NCBI GenBank assembly: GCA_003971905.1
Contig: RSEE01000009.1
Location: 496,001-560,000 of the forward strand
Source: Moniliella sp. 'wahieum'
Taxonomy: Eukaryota
Reading direction: 5' to 3'
DNA length: 64,000 nucleotides
In this document: positions 25,500 to 38,645 of the stretch, in pieces
Position numbering within the stretch: position 1 is the first letter of the stretch
Layout: every line of letters begins with the position of its first letter
Notes under the pieces: generated by a model
Database searches by the model: none
What the model saw: only the letters and a program-made list of their open reading frames with translations
Told to the model about the DNA's origin: nothing
Program-made: the position numbers and the translations under genes

Positions 25500-26648
25500 A
25501 GCCCGTACTGTCAAAGGTGCTGACACTGCGTATTCGGGCGCAGAAGCAAAAAGAAAGGGTTCTGCCAAAAAGACTGGGCGCGATGGGCACAAGGCATCGT
25601 ACCGATGAGCCCATGCGGCCATGGCGGGCCACGTAGGGTATAGTTTTCGGTATTACACTTCTGAAGAAAACACCCGACGGATGGGACCCAACAGGCGCTG
25701 ATGAACCCATTTTTCCTGCCTTGCATCCGTAGCCTCTGTTAGAAGGTAACGAATAGCTTCCGTCCGAGTATACAAGTGAAATCACCATGGAGAGGAGCTG
25801 CGTTTTCCTAATGATTCTTCCAAACCATCAACTCCAACCCCTCCTACTAAGTATAAACCCCTGCTAGAAAACGGCAACATGAAATTCTCTTGGCTCTTGA
25901 TCTCGTCGGCCACAGGTCACACACCCCAGGATGAGAGCACAAGAAAATCATATTATGACATCTCATATGCTGGGGGTGAATCTCCCATACGAGCTTCTTA
26001 AGGGAGAGAGAGAGTTGAAAGCAATCCCTTTTTACGCATGACACAGCTATATGTGTGGAGCTATAGTGTGAGCAAAAGTAATACCTTTGTCGTCTCTGCC
26101 TCTACACTGTCCCTCATAAAATGCATACAATAGTAGCGAGAAGCGCACAAGAAGGCAACAGAGACACACGGGTAGAAGTAGCACAGAGAAAGGGGTATAC
26201 AGGGGATGCGGAGCCCACAGTCATTATTGTCGTGCGAATTGAAGAGACCCGCCTTGGGAGTGAAAGCACGAGAGATGTACAGTTCGCCAGGGCAGTCGAA
26301 AGAAGCTCTCTTGAAATGGGACAATGCCTTATCAGCATCCAGGCCGGTGGACTTGGGTACCGTGGAGAGCGGCCAGATTGCCGATCAAGTGACCACAAGG
26401 GAGAGGCTGTGGATGCTTGGGTCGTTCCAGCGCCCGGCACAAGCACACCTGCGGATTGGCAGCAGTGCGTGTGGGGAAGGAGTGGCGGGGGTTGTGTCCC
26501 GTAGAGGGGCGGGCCAAGGCGCATCCCAGCTAGAAGGGTCCGAGGCGAGATTGTGTGCAGGGGTCGGGTCGGTACGGTACCACGCCACCGCCGCCCCAAC
26601 GCCAGTAAGCGGGAGAAGGAGCTTACGCGCGCCAAAGGAGCTGGCCAT
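25500..26648 (-). CDS. Hypothetical protein, frameshifted; 3' boundary uncertain
   Basis: CACCATGG start context; N-terminus MASSFGARKLLLPLTGVGAAVAWYRT resembles a presequence plus short hydrophobic anchor; downstream ORFs are fragmented. Confidence 0.3.
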
Positions 26649-27324
26649 GGTGAGTGGAGGAGGCAATGGGGAGACAAGGAGGCTGTAGTGGGAGGGGGAG
26701 ACATGACAGGAGAGGGTGATATTGGTCTCCCCGCCACCGCCATGGATAGCGCGCTTACGGTAACTGGGGGTAGAGGCGGGACAGGTGGGGTTAACCAGTC
26801 ACGTCATTGTCATTCGCCAGCCACGCTGCGACCAGCCACGCTGCGACTGGCTACCACACACAGGGGTGGCGAACATGCATTACAGGTTACCGGTTGCAGG
26901 CCACAGGCTGAGGCTTCCTCGGGCTTCATGGCATGAGCGGTCGCTGACCGCTGACCGCTGACCGGGATGGACCGATGGTGCGATTGCCATTAGATAAGCG
27001 CGCAATAAGCGCGGTACGGAATGTGGGCGCGTGGGCGCCATGTGGGCGCTCGCTGAGCAACTCCAGCAGAGGGTTAGTGTATGCGCGCATATTTCGATTT
27101 TGGCTGTCAGTATGTTAACTCGCACTGGAGCCAGACCTCGGCCGGCCTGAGGGGCCTGAGGTAAGGGTTACCGGTTACCGGTTACCAGTTATGAGTCTGA
27201 TGCCTGACCGGTGACCGGGCTGACCTTTTGGCGACACCATTTCCACTACAAGCACAAAGCAAGCATCACACGCTTGAGCCGAATATGTACAACTGACTTG
27301 GGCTTGCATTTTTGCGTTCATCAG

Positions 27325-27420
27325 GGTCGATTAGCTCAGTTGGTCAGAGCGTGGTACTAATACATCCTCTCCGGAGTGTTGGTGATGCCAAGGTCATGAG
27401 TTCAAGCCTCATATTGACCA
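27325..27420 (+). tRNA. tRNA-Ile (AAT) with a 22-nt intron
   Basis: Acceptor stem GGTCGAT/ATTGACC, D arm GCTC/GAGC, anticodon stem TGGTA/TGCCA with CT-AAT-A loop interrupted after position 37 by CATCCTCTCCGGAGTGTTGGTG, T arm ATGAG-TTCAAGC-CTCAT, followed by a T6 Pol III terminator. Confidence 0.93.
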
Positions 27421-28053
27421 GTTTTTTGCCTCTCTTAATATAGAACCCCTGCAGCTTTGCAGTAGACGAATTTTATGACTGCATCTTCTTGATTCCTTGT
27501 CTGCATAACCGTCCTGTTGTCTACCCGTAAGAAGTCCAAAGTCCATCGACTTCAGTGACACGAGGCCCAGCACATGTGGCGTATCGCGGGACAATGATCC
27601 GGCTTCCGGTGCTAACACTGGCTTCTGGCTTCCGAGCCTCACCACTCCACACAGGTCTATAGCTCTCCTTGGATCGGAATACCATTTCCATCGCCTACAA
27701 CCAATACTGCTCGCAAGACCTGTGACACTTCCGGCTTAAAGCTGAGGAGGGTTCTTCAGATGATTATTTTAGGGATCACCTCCTGAAGAGTGCTTTCAGA
27801 CGCTTCATCTTTGGAAGGTTTGCAACACAAATAGTCTAGTATGAGATCTGAGATTCATCAGGCATTGGTAAAGAGACGTGGGGCGCGAGTACATGTGCGC
27901 CGGAATAACGGGAATACAAATGATACAGCACAGCAGTATCAAGTCACTGAAGGGGAACAAGATTAGGGACGGGGACCAGAAAGAAGCTTGGAAGAGACGG
28001 GTAGTGGTGGTAGCCTGTGGGGTCTCTGACCTCCTCCATGTTGACGTGGCGCA

Positions 28054-28593
28054 TTAGTCCGAATTCGCATTGTCGCCCGATGCTTTACGGCGGCGATAAT
28101 CTTCGGCGTACCCAAAGATCCATGCCTTTAGGATGGAGAACTTGCGGCTTCCCGAATACTCGGTAACAAGTTTCCCATCCTCATAAAGGTGCATCGTGGG
28201 GTATCCAGGCACTTTTTCTTGGTCGCATACATCGCCTTGGGCTGTACAGTCAACCCGAGCCATGTAGAAGGCGCTCGAGTCTTCCAGGTGGGCACTGATC
28301 TCGCTCAAGTCTTTCCATGTCGGCATGAAGCGTTTGCAGTCTGCACACAAAGAGAGTGTTAGAAAGAGGGCGCGCTCGCTAAAAAGGACAAACGTACGAG
28401 GACAAAAGGGACTGTAGAACTCAACAAACCACATCCCGTGCGCTGTTTTGCTGGCAAAATCGGCACCCGTCAAGGAGCGCAGACCTGCCTCATCACTCGC
28501 AACAGGGGCAGGGGCTGGTGCTGGGGCAGGGGCCGAGGAAACCAGAAGGGCACTGGCCAGCGTGGCGGCCACAGCGAGGATAGGGAAGCGCAT
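28054..28593 (-). CDS. Secreted/ER thioredoxin-domain (PDI-like) protein with a CPHC active site
   Basis: Signal peptide MRFPILAVAATLASALLVSSA. Removing the 57-nt intron 28341-28397 (GTACGT..CTAAC..CAG) gives WFVEFYSPFCPHCKRFMPTW, followed by ARVDC..GYPTM. Confidence 0.88.
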   Translation of the reverse strand: MRFPILAVAATLASALLVSSAPAPAPAPAPVASDEAGLRSLTGADFASKTAHGMWFVEFYSPFCPRTFVLFSERALFLTLSLCADCKRFMPTWKDLSEISAHLEDSSAFYMARVDCTAQGDVCDQEKVPGYPTMHLYEDGKLVTEYSGSRKFSILKAWIFGYAEDYRRRKASGDNANSD

Positions 28594-29261
28594 GCTGGTG
28601 GTGGCAACAGCTAGTTGTGTGGGCAGGTGGCTCAAGGAGTGAACAGTAGAGGGCGCATTGTGTCTGGCTCGTTGCGCCTTGTACACGCCACATGGGCAGA
28701 GCGGCGCGGCGGAACAAGGCGGAATTGGTGTTAGGTCTCCGAGATCTGACCTGGTCTGACCGGTGACCAGGTAGGTGTTCGATGATCGATGATCGATGAT
28801 CGATTATCACCGATTGAGCTTGAAGCCGTTAAATCAACAAGGGGGGAAACGGGGCTCGCCTCAACGTCCTCAACGTGAACAGTCACTCTAAAAACTGCAT
28901 GTAACGCGAGGGTAGATACGGATGAACTTGGTCGACATGTGCATGATGAAATCGATGAAGTAGGATCAACTTGATCCCTCTCTCCAACGAGGCTCTTCAG
29001 GCCTTTTCCAGTGGGAGAGGGACAAATCGGTGCGGCATTAGTATATTCTTTCTTTTCACAACGCACAGCATTGCCCGGCAGAATGGCTCTCGCTCTCACA
29101 CTGGTTAAAGTAAAAGCGTTTAGCTTGTTGGTATATATCGACTAAAGTATAATACTTGCATTTTTTACAGCTACATACCTGGAAGATAGGATGGCAAAAT
29201 CCATGTAATAGCGTATGGAGTGGTGTTTACAGGTCGTTAAAAAGCATGAAGGGGGAAGTGT

Positions 29262-30411
29262 TTATTTGTCAACATCCAGGACAATACGGCCGGCAAGCTT
29301 GCCCTCGTGCATCTCAGCGTAGACCTCGTTGAGCTGAGACGACCACGGGTGTGGTAGATGACACGAACTTTGCCGCGCTCAGCCAGACGGAGAGCCTCGA
29401 TGGCATCCTCACGGTTGCCCACAATGGAGCCCACAATGCGCTTGGCAGTGACCGTGGTGTCGAAGACGTCCGCCTTGATGAATGTACCGGGAGGCATGCC
29501 GACAGCGACAAGGGTCCCGCGCGGGCGGAGGTAGGAGAGACCTTGGGTGTAGGCGGCCTCGGATGCGGCGGCGACGACGGCTGCGTGGGCACCCGACCAC
29601 CAGTGATGGCCTTAACCTCCGCGACAATGTCTTTCGACTCGCGGAAATCGATCCAGGCGTCGGCACCAAGTTGCTTAACTAGCGCCTTCTTCTCGGCACC
29701 GGTGTCGATACCAATGACCCGGAAGCCCATCGCTGCGGCGTATTGGACGCCCAGATGGCCCAGTCCTCCCCAGCACACCAGGAAGCACAACCCAGTCGCC
29801 GACGTTCAGGCCAGCCTCGAGGAGGGCACGGTAGATTGTCACACCGGCACAGAGGATGGGGGCAGCGTCGATGAGAGGCAGGGCGTCGGGGATCGGTGTC
29901 ACGTACTTGGCGGGGGCGACAACATACTGTTGGAAGGTGCCATCAACAGTGTACCCGGAGTTCTCGAGGTGAATGCAGTTGGGCTCAAAGCCCACACGGC
30001 AGTATTCGCAGTTCAGGCAAGCAGACGCAACCCATTTGATACCCACACGGGCACCCTTCTGGGTCCATTCGTCGGAACCAGTGCCGAGCTTGACGACGAC
30101 ACCGGCGCCTTCGTGGCCGCCAACAAGAGTTGGCCCGTGGCCTGGAGCTTTGTGGGCAAAGGCCAGTCACCGAGCATCGCATGCAAGTCGCTTTAATCAT
30201 TGAGTCAGCATCGGAAAGAGAGTGCTGAGAAGACAGAAACATACGTGTGGCAGACACCGGTGTAGGTTACACGAACCAGGACCTCACCGGGCTTGAGCTC
30301 AACTTTGCTGGGGTCGTAAGTGACGAATTTGACGGGGCCGCCCACCTTGTCGAAGACGGCCTTGGTGGCCTGCGTTGGCAACTCGAGCTGCTGTTCACGG
30401 GGGTCGGACAT
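29262..30411 (-). CDS. ADH1: Zn-dependent alcohol dehydrogenase (Adh1-type MDR); one intron, frameshifts
   Basis: [86 protein letters not shown]. Confidence 0.93.
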
Positions 30412-32922
30412 GTTGATGTTGCTAGAAGTAACTGAAGACTTTGGTGAGAGGAGCCTGGGAAGGCTGTGAGGAAGGAGGTTTTATACCCCCACACCATAGG
30501 ATACATCAGAAGAAATGTGTTGCATACATGCTATGGCACACGACCAAACTCGGAAGGGAGATCCAAACGGATGCGACACGAATTCTTAGCGCACCACGGC
30601 AATGTGAATTGCAAGGGAGGGGCAGTGGTGGTGTAGTGGGGTCAGTTGGGCCTTAGGGCGGTTATGAACCTTGGGCCCAGCAACAAACTAATGGTTGTGC
30701 GCCCGCTGAGCGGCCGTGCACCAACTGTAGTGTGGCCTGGTGTGGCACAACTGTGACCTGATGGAGCGGGATGTGGTTTGGAGAACGCGGGCGTGCGAAC
30801 GTGCGAGAGAACCCTGGCGATGCTGAGGGTTGCTCAGCAACAGATCCCATCTCGCATGATGTGCATCGTAAATCGGAGCTCGCGCCTGACGCCGACCCCG
30901 CCAAAAGTGGGATGGTCTATACAGCGGTGGCGATCGTTCGCACTGTCAAACGATGAACGATGGGGCACACACTGACAACGTGCGTGGGTGACATGTGACA
31001 TGGCCAGAGCCGAGTTTGAAAGCAGCATTGCTCGGCTTCAAATGTGAAACTTGCAGTGCGGTGATAGTGAGACACAACTACTGTCCTGTGTGGCTGTCCA
31101 CAAATGGGTGGTGACCGTCACACCGCCCCTAGGTCTGAAATCTGTGAGGCCTCCGGGTGAGCTGGCAAGGCCTCAGCCTGAGCTGCAGTGATCTCATCAG
31201 GGGCACAAACGTCAAGCGCCCAACAAGCGCACAGCCTGACTCACTTCAAGCTTCAAGCTTCAAGCAGGCAGGAGAACTACCTACTGAAAACTATAAGCAC
31301 AAAAGGTGTTACGCATAATGCCCCCGATCGAGACGGTCCACTACGCCCATAGAACAAAACAAATTCATCAGTCTCATCATATGGACCACATGCTGGATTA
31401 CATACTTTAGCATATTGGTAGGTCAATGCCGCCTCGAAGACCTTGGAGTGGCCTGAAGCTTGAAGCTTGAAGCTTTTGAAGAGAGATTGGAGGATTATAT
31501 GTGTGTGATTCTGGATCGATTGAGTTGTGAGAAGCATTGGGCCTATGAGACCTGAGGACAGGTGTACCGCGCAGACTATAAGGAGTGTAGGACCTTTTAT
31601 TAATGTACCCAACGGGACGCGCTGGGTATATGATAAGGCCAAAGGGCTCAGAAAGAGAGGATCAATGATGGATCGATTTTCCAACAAAGAGAGAGAAGAG
31701 CTTGTCATGGGAGAGCACAACATAGGGCAGAGTCGGATACAACAGCCCCAGAGCTGATGTGTAATCAGCTATATGTACAAGGAGGATCGGTGGTGGCAAG
31801 GATGGTGGGCTTCGTCTTAACGCGAAGTACGACCCATTCCTGACAACATTCTCAAGCGCCCCCCCGCACCCCGCCCAGGCTGCTTAACAAGGGCTTTGAG
31901 GAACTCCTTTGCTTTAGTTTCCCTTTTTCCTATCTCCACCCCATCCCATTTGCTGATGAGCGTGTTGAACGTTAACCAAGCGAAGCAGACGAAGCAGCGA
32001 AGCCAGCTAACTATAAGCCCCCTGCCGTACTATCAATGCATCGGATGGCACTTCCTCGTCAGCTATATGTATGATGGCACCGACAAGGGCGTAGCGCACG
32101 TATCCCCAACAGGAAGAAAAAATCTTTCGAGGCGGGGAAACCGAGACCATTATTGAGGCAACTAAGGGGGGATCCAGAGCTTGTGATGGTGGGCTCTCAA
32201 CCGGGCTCTCAGCGGTTTCACCTCGCCTTCCCCGGTGACATCGAGCTTAAAGCTTAAACCATCAACATATGTGGGCGCAATGTATGCAGAGTATAATAGA
32301 GGGCTTCGTCCTGCTCTCGTTTTAACGAGAGTGTATATACAGGAACAGCAGAAAACAGCCCCCACATGGAAAACGATACATATGTGTGGTGGTCACACTA
32401 GTCGCACTTCTTATTGACGAGAGAAAAGCTTTGCGTGTCATGCCGGGGTTAGTTAGCTTTTGTGCTTGCCGGTTGTTGCCATTAGGTACCTCACACACTA
32501 AGAGTTCTGAAGGATCTGAGGCCTCATCGACATCTGAGGCGTGAGGTGGGGCAGAGGTTACAGGGCTAGTTCCCTGTTACTACCATGTTACATGCTACTG
32601 GTTGTTATATGGGTTAGGTTCCTCAGTTGAGGGAGGTCAAGCTGCATATGACACCCAATTCACGCGTCAATTCCGCATGTGGGTGACTGTTCCGCTCAGG
32701 GTCTGGCGTGGGGGCGCTGGTAAACCCCGCGCACGCGCCACCGACGAGTGGGGAGGGAGAGAGGGTTACTCCCACCAGATCGCTCGCCTTCCTCACCCAT
32801 CCCAGCGCGTCACACCCACGTCCTCCTGGTGTTCCTTTTGCCGCCAGCTTGACTGTGTTTAGTGCATTGCTCGCTGACTCCTCCGTCCGTTGCGTTGTGC
32901 CTGTTTCTCTGTCCATCCCACA

Positions 32923-34055
32923 ATGGAAGACGACTTTGACCTGTATGGCGTGAGTGCCTCCCTCTCCTGCAACGCGCTCTTCTCCTTCATCCTCCTTTCT
33001 CCTAAACACCCAGGCAGACAACAGGCAAGACCCTTGACTGACATGCTGCACTCCCTTGCCCCCATAGGAAGATGACTTCTACATCACCCGCCCCCCGTCG
33101 CTGCCGCTGTCGCAAGATCCGCCGCAGGAAGCAGCCCCGCCTGCTGCAACACTGCGCAAGCGGCCGCGGGAGAGCGAGTCCCCCGCCCGCGCCCAAAGTC
33201 CAGAACAACCTCCTGGGGGTGGTTCAATGCACCCAGATCCCATGGTTCATCATCGTACAGGCGAGAACAACGCGGCTACCCTAATGACAACCGCGCTTGG
33301 CAGCCACATTACTACCACTACCGACCCGAACGTGAAGGATGCCCTGACAGTAAGCGAGTTTAACTGGGTATGTCCCCTTGCACCCGTCTTCACGAGAAAG
33401 TAGAACTAACAATTCGCTTCGCAGTGGACTACGGATGAGACATCCGCCAAGCTGCGGCTGAGGCAGGGGTGACCCTATCCCTCCGGAACATCACCTTCTC
33501 TGAGCATAAGGTCAATGGCAAGTCCAAGGGTGCAGTCTACATTGTTACTAGCTCAGTGCAGGATGCCTCGACGTTGGCGCAGTGGTGGACCGAGAATCCG
33601 TACCAAGGGTCAGAAATGGAAGCAGAGTTGTCCTCTTCGGCCCGGGGAATCCGTATGCGGTGCTGCCCAAAGATTCTGCGCGGCATGGAGACGGACGTGG
33701 CCGCGGCCGCGGGCGGGGGAAGGGACTTCCAGTCCCGTGGGAATCGGAACCAAGGAGGTCCGGCACTGCCAATGGGAATGAACGTGCCAATGGCGCCAAT
33801 GATGCAAATGGCGCCAATGGGCATACCCGTTATGCCCATGGTCCCTGCGCCCATGATGAACCCTTCTCTCCCCCGCCTGCCACGCATGGCCCGCCTCCCG
33901 CTCGTCCCAATTTTGCTCCCGCCCCACAGATCGACCGACAAGAGCATGCCAGGGACAATTACCGCTCCGACGTTTCTTTCCATCACCGGGGACGCACCCA
34001 CGGCTCATGGGATGATGGTCGGACAGCGAAGCGTCCGCGTACAGCGAACGAATGA
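32923..34055 (+). CDS. RRM protein resembling the cleavage factor Im large subunit (CPSF6/CPSF7-like); introns and frameshifts
   Basis: [14 protein letters not shown]-terminus; [30 protein letters not shown]-, Pro/Met- and Arg/Asp-rich tail; GTGAGT..CTGAC..TAG and GTATGT..CTAAC..CAG introns. Confidence 0.75.
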
Positions 34056-35442
34056 GCGCGAGGTAAAACCTTGGCAACTTATACCAGGATTGGCAATCTA
34101 TATATCTGCAAGCAACTAAAGATACTTCAGCACAGGTACATTAGGTCGTCAAATTGGCTTTGCTTGGGCGCATTGGCAGCGTCTACACAGGCAAATGCAT
34201 AGCAATGGTGCAAGGTCGTGTGAGAAGTTGGCCGAAGCAAGAATACGGATTTGTGCCTAGGCTGGCCAAAGGCCGTCGAGCTGTGTTGCAGAGGCCACCT
34301 CCAAACGATTATACGCTCTGTGAGGAGTTCTGAGGAGCCAGGGGTGGTCAGCTGTTCGTCAGTAAAGAAAGCAACACAGGATCATTGCGGCGCACCTTCT
34401 TGACGCGGGTACCTTGTTGGCCTTGGAGAGCTCCCTTCTTCATGGCAGCGAGAGCCACCATCTTATTCTCGGCTGTCAAACAATGACGAGGTTAGCGTTC
34501 TGTGAGACGTTGGTAGCCGCCAACGCGTACTGCAATTATTCACCTCCCCCCCTCCATCACATGCCAAACGCGTTTGCGCGGACATCTGCACTCCACCACA
34601 CGCCCAGCTAACCGTACGCCAGCAAGGACCCTGGCACAAATCCCTGCAAAAATATATTGGTTCGTATTCTGGCGGCAGGGAGCCGCCTGTACCTTGATCT
34701 TGAGACAGTGTCTGTGAGGCTGAGCCCCAGAAGAGTGTCATCAGTCATGGAGCCCCTTTGCAAGTGCACCACAATCACACATGCGAGGCAGCGACCACAA
34801 TCCACAGGAGATTATAAAAATGAAAAGCCGTCGAAGGCGTACTCGCATGTCGTGCTCCCCTTTTTTTCATTGGCCATCTCTTGTGGTACGTTTTAGTGGC
34901 CTAATTCTTGGTGTGTCGCCTTTCTCATGAGCTGTACCGCTGGAGCTCTATGTGCAGCTTTTGGCCTATGCGTGCAACAATAGAACCGTTCCGATTGAAG
35001 TGCTTGTCCATCATTCAATATCATTACGGCGCTGCTTGGTGAGATAGCTCCTGCTATCTCGAGGCTTGAAAGTCTTGACGCTTGAGAAGCTCAGTCTCTA
35101 CAGCCGCATATAGAGTAAACCACAAGGTCCGCAATTGGCGCTGACAGTCGTCTCTGTTATATATATGTTGGCAGTGCATCAAAAATCGATAAAGTCCCGA
35201 GAAAGTTTGCGAATGTGTTTGCCATCGTCCTGGCTGGCTGCTGGATTCCACAATGTGTATATGGAAGTGATGCATGCTGCAATGTGGCACATGCCGTCCA
35301 CACCCTCCAGCTGTGCGAAGTGTTTCTGAGCCATTGGGCAGCGCATAGGCTTGGGTATGGGGGCCGAAACGTCTTTGTCCGTTCTTTCCCTGTGGTTGGG
35401 AACAGTATCATTAGAAACGATAGGATTGCAACAACGATGAAG

Positions 35443-36521
35443 TCAATAGTTGGATCCGGAATCTGAGAGGCGTCCTCCTCCAGCCCCACAATGGCAAGCA
35501 TGGAGGAAAGGAACAGATCGACAAATGGGGCCACTGCTGTTCGTTAGCTTCGTAACCACGAGGAGAAAGGTGGACGCACCATGGACACTCGCCTGCGTGC
35601 GGAACCCCATGGAACGATGCACCATGGCCAAGACTCGGCCCCAGGGGGTAGTCATGTGGAAACCTGAGCCAAGCCGTTCGTTCAGAATCGGGAGAACTTT
35701 GACTGAGGGGGCACCAACTTGACGAAGAAGCATAGTTGATCGGCAAATGAACATGCGGTTCTTGGTTCATAGGTCGCAGGCAAACCGAGAAGAGCAACAA
35801 CCCCGTCTCGACTTTCTTCTCGCTTTTCTTTTCGCTTTTCTTCTCGCCATTTTTCTCCACTGCTTCAGCTTTATGGCATTCCCACTTGCCACCCTTTCCC
35901 CTCGACAGTACTGCCACAACCTCGCCTGCACAGGAAACGGTCATTGTCCTTCCGATCCCGAAGGGGGTGAGTGGCTTGCAGCTCCACAAGGGCCGGTCTG
36001 TTCTCCTCGCCTATTCATGCACATGCCGCCGGTCAGCTCATTGCCATGCACAGCAACGACTTGGAGAACACCTACCTTGTTCACTTCATGTACGGTAATG
36101 CGCGACTTCACCAGCCCCGCTCTGCGGATCTCGCAAACAACGCTGTGTGGGTGATGGGAGTAGTCGCTAAAGATACCAATTGGGTTGGGGTCAAGGTATG
36201 CGACACCTGATCCCATTAGTGGTTGCCCCGGGCCAGGGGAGCGAGACTTGGGCGCGAAGGCGGTTCGTCGGGGTTCGGTTCGGCTGCTGCTCCAGGCACA
36301 CCCTCGCCTGACGAACGAGAGGGCGGAAGAGAGGCTTCGGACTCGCGTTGGAGATAAACATGGGCGCTGCAGTGCTTCTGGTTCGTGTGGTGAGTCCGCT
36401 GAGGACAGGAGGAGCGCTGACTGCTGGACGGAGGATGGGTGGGTGGCGTCAGGGGTGGAGGGAGGGAGGGCATGGGTGCGTCCGCCAGAAGCTTGCGCCT
36501 CCTGCTAGAGAGGGTCTCCAT
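35443..36521 (-). CDS. Possible LURP-one/Tubby-C2 (scramblase-like) domain protein; frameshifted
   Basis: Joined fragments PIGIFSDYSHHPHSVVCEIR.. and GRVLAMVHRSMG..GASTFLLVV..PFVDLFLSSMLAIVGLEE resemble the LURP-one beta-barrel plus C-terminal helix (by eye only). Confidence 0.45.
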
Positions 36522-38645
36522 CGCGGGCGAGTGGGGAAAGGGGTGGGAGAGGTGAGCGGGAGGGGGCTGAACAGGGATCAACCAAGACTGGGGCTGATGA
36601 GGCCCAAGGACGAAACAAGGCAGGATGGGACGATGAGACGCGAGGTGCGTCCACGTTGAACGTTGAACGCCAGCGCTAGCAGGCAGTGGTGGGAAGCTCC
36701 CAGGTACTCACATGGGCATGCGTCCGTTACTAATTCTTACCATCCCCTGGCCTCCTTTTCAGTTCCGGGCCGATGCTGGGGGTGGCTGGGCCCAGCCAGC
36801 CTCATTAAAGGCGGCCGCACCCTGGGTTGCGTCCGTCCCAGCGCCCCCCCCACCCGCCCGCACCTGCATCATGCATCATCGATCATCCATCATGCACATG
36901 CTTCAGGCACCATGCTGCAATGCCCGTGTGGCGTCACGCGTCACGCGTCAGGCACCATGCACCGTGCACCGTGCACCATGCATCACTATCATCATCGATC
37001 ATCTGGCCTATATGATCGATGATCGATGATCCGTCGCTGCATCACTGGCACCGCCGGCACCATCGGACTCCGACGAAAAAGCAAGGCAGGCCGCAGGCAA
37101 GTTGCGTACTCAACAGGTAGCTGGCAGCGGATACAAAATCCAGCCAGTCTCGCGGAACCGCGCCATCAGTGCTTGCCACACTACACCCCTGTGCGGTCCA
37201 TCCCTCTCTTGATATGAGCGATCCCTGGTTGGCGAGCCAGCGGAGCCACACAGCGGAGCCCACTCACAGGCTGAGCGCTCAGTCTGAGCTCTGATCCACT
37301 TCCATTCCCGCACATGCGCAGCAGCAGTGCGGGCGAACGTTGACGACGCGATGAAGACGAACTTTGGCCGGTGGTGGACTATCGAAACCCGTATGCACTC
37401 TTTTAAGTCCCAGAACAATAAGCGAGCATAATTGGCCGGTGGGCCAACAGAGCTTTTTCCGAATCCCTTTCCGTGTTCCTGCTCCTGGCACCAGGATGCT
37501 TTGACTTTATCTGCGGATCCATTCCAATCCAAGGCCCGATGCTTTTTTGTCCAGTCAGTTACAGGGTTCGTTTCCTCCCCCAACTAGTAAGCCATGGTCG
37601 CGGAGGGGTCGTACAATCATGTATACTGTGGTCCGAGCGCGGTCATCGACGCTACGTATCCTTGGCGACGACAGTCGCCTCTGCCCTGTTCATGTCCTCT
37701 TCGTTTGATCCATGGTTCTTCACCATTGCAAGGACGGAGCTCGCGCTCTGCGACTATCAGTCTCTCAGTGTTCGGCTTTCCCCTATTATAATGCGTACAG
37801 TCTTTTCCAGTCGCAACTTCCAGTCTCAGCTCCAATCCGTGTTTTTCGCTTCAATCCAAGTTTGGGCAGCGTTGTCGTCGCTGGTCGCCTCTTTTTCCCG
37901 TCCCCGAGTACGAACGGTTTCAGAAACGTGTTATACTATACTGTCCATGCTGGTGCCTACGCAGCCTTTTGCCTTGCAAGCAGCCTCAGCCTCTCTACTA
38001 TACAGTCCGAAAGGCATCTCCTTGTTGTCCCTTGCCGCGCTGTTTCTTCACCAACAAATGCACAAGCATGTTGAACATTCAGGAAGCGGACCCTACTACC
38101 GTTTTCCTAAGGAAGATCATATCCCTTAGCACCCCGGGCGGGCCCCCACAGGCCGGGCCCCGCCATGCGACAGTTGCATACAACCTTGACCAGCTTAATC
38201 CGACGGCTGATTCTAACCTGTTCCTCTCTTTTTAACCCTGGTTGACCTACGGGGTCTCTCCGTTTTGGGGCGTCTTAATACAGAAGTGGCTAACCCCTCT
38301 GTTGGGACGATAGAGGGACTCTGTATACATTCCATCAAATTTTACCCCGATGAATACCTACTAGTGCGAATGGATACAAGCAGTACCGCCTACACGCGGT
38401 GGGCCAGTCACCACATGGGATCGAAATCGGCTGGTGGCTGTTGCAGGGAATACGCTTGTGACTATTGCCGGCGAGCAACACTGCGCAGTGGGTGCATTAT
38501 GCATTACATCCACACTTGCGAACTGCTGCATACTCGAGACTGTTGTTCGACCGGTCCCTGTCGCGCCTATAATATACTGAGTTTTAACGTGCGCTTCCTG
38601 GCCGCACCTTCCCCCCCCCCCAACCTCCCCCCATTGACCACCATC

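Noticed and set aside
27363..27384. tRNA intron as a novelty
   Set aside because: It is at the canonical 37/38 position, and such introns are common in basidiomycete tRNAs.
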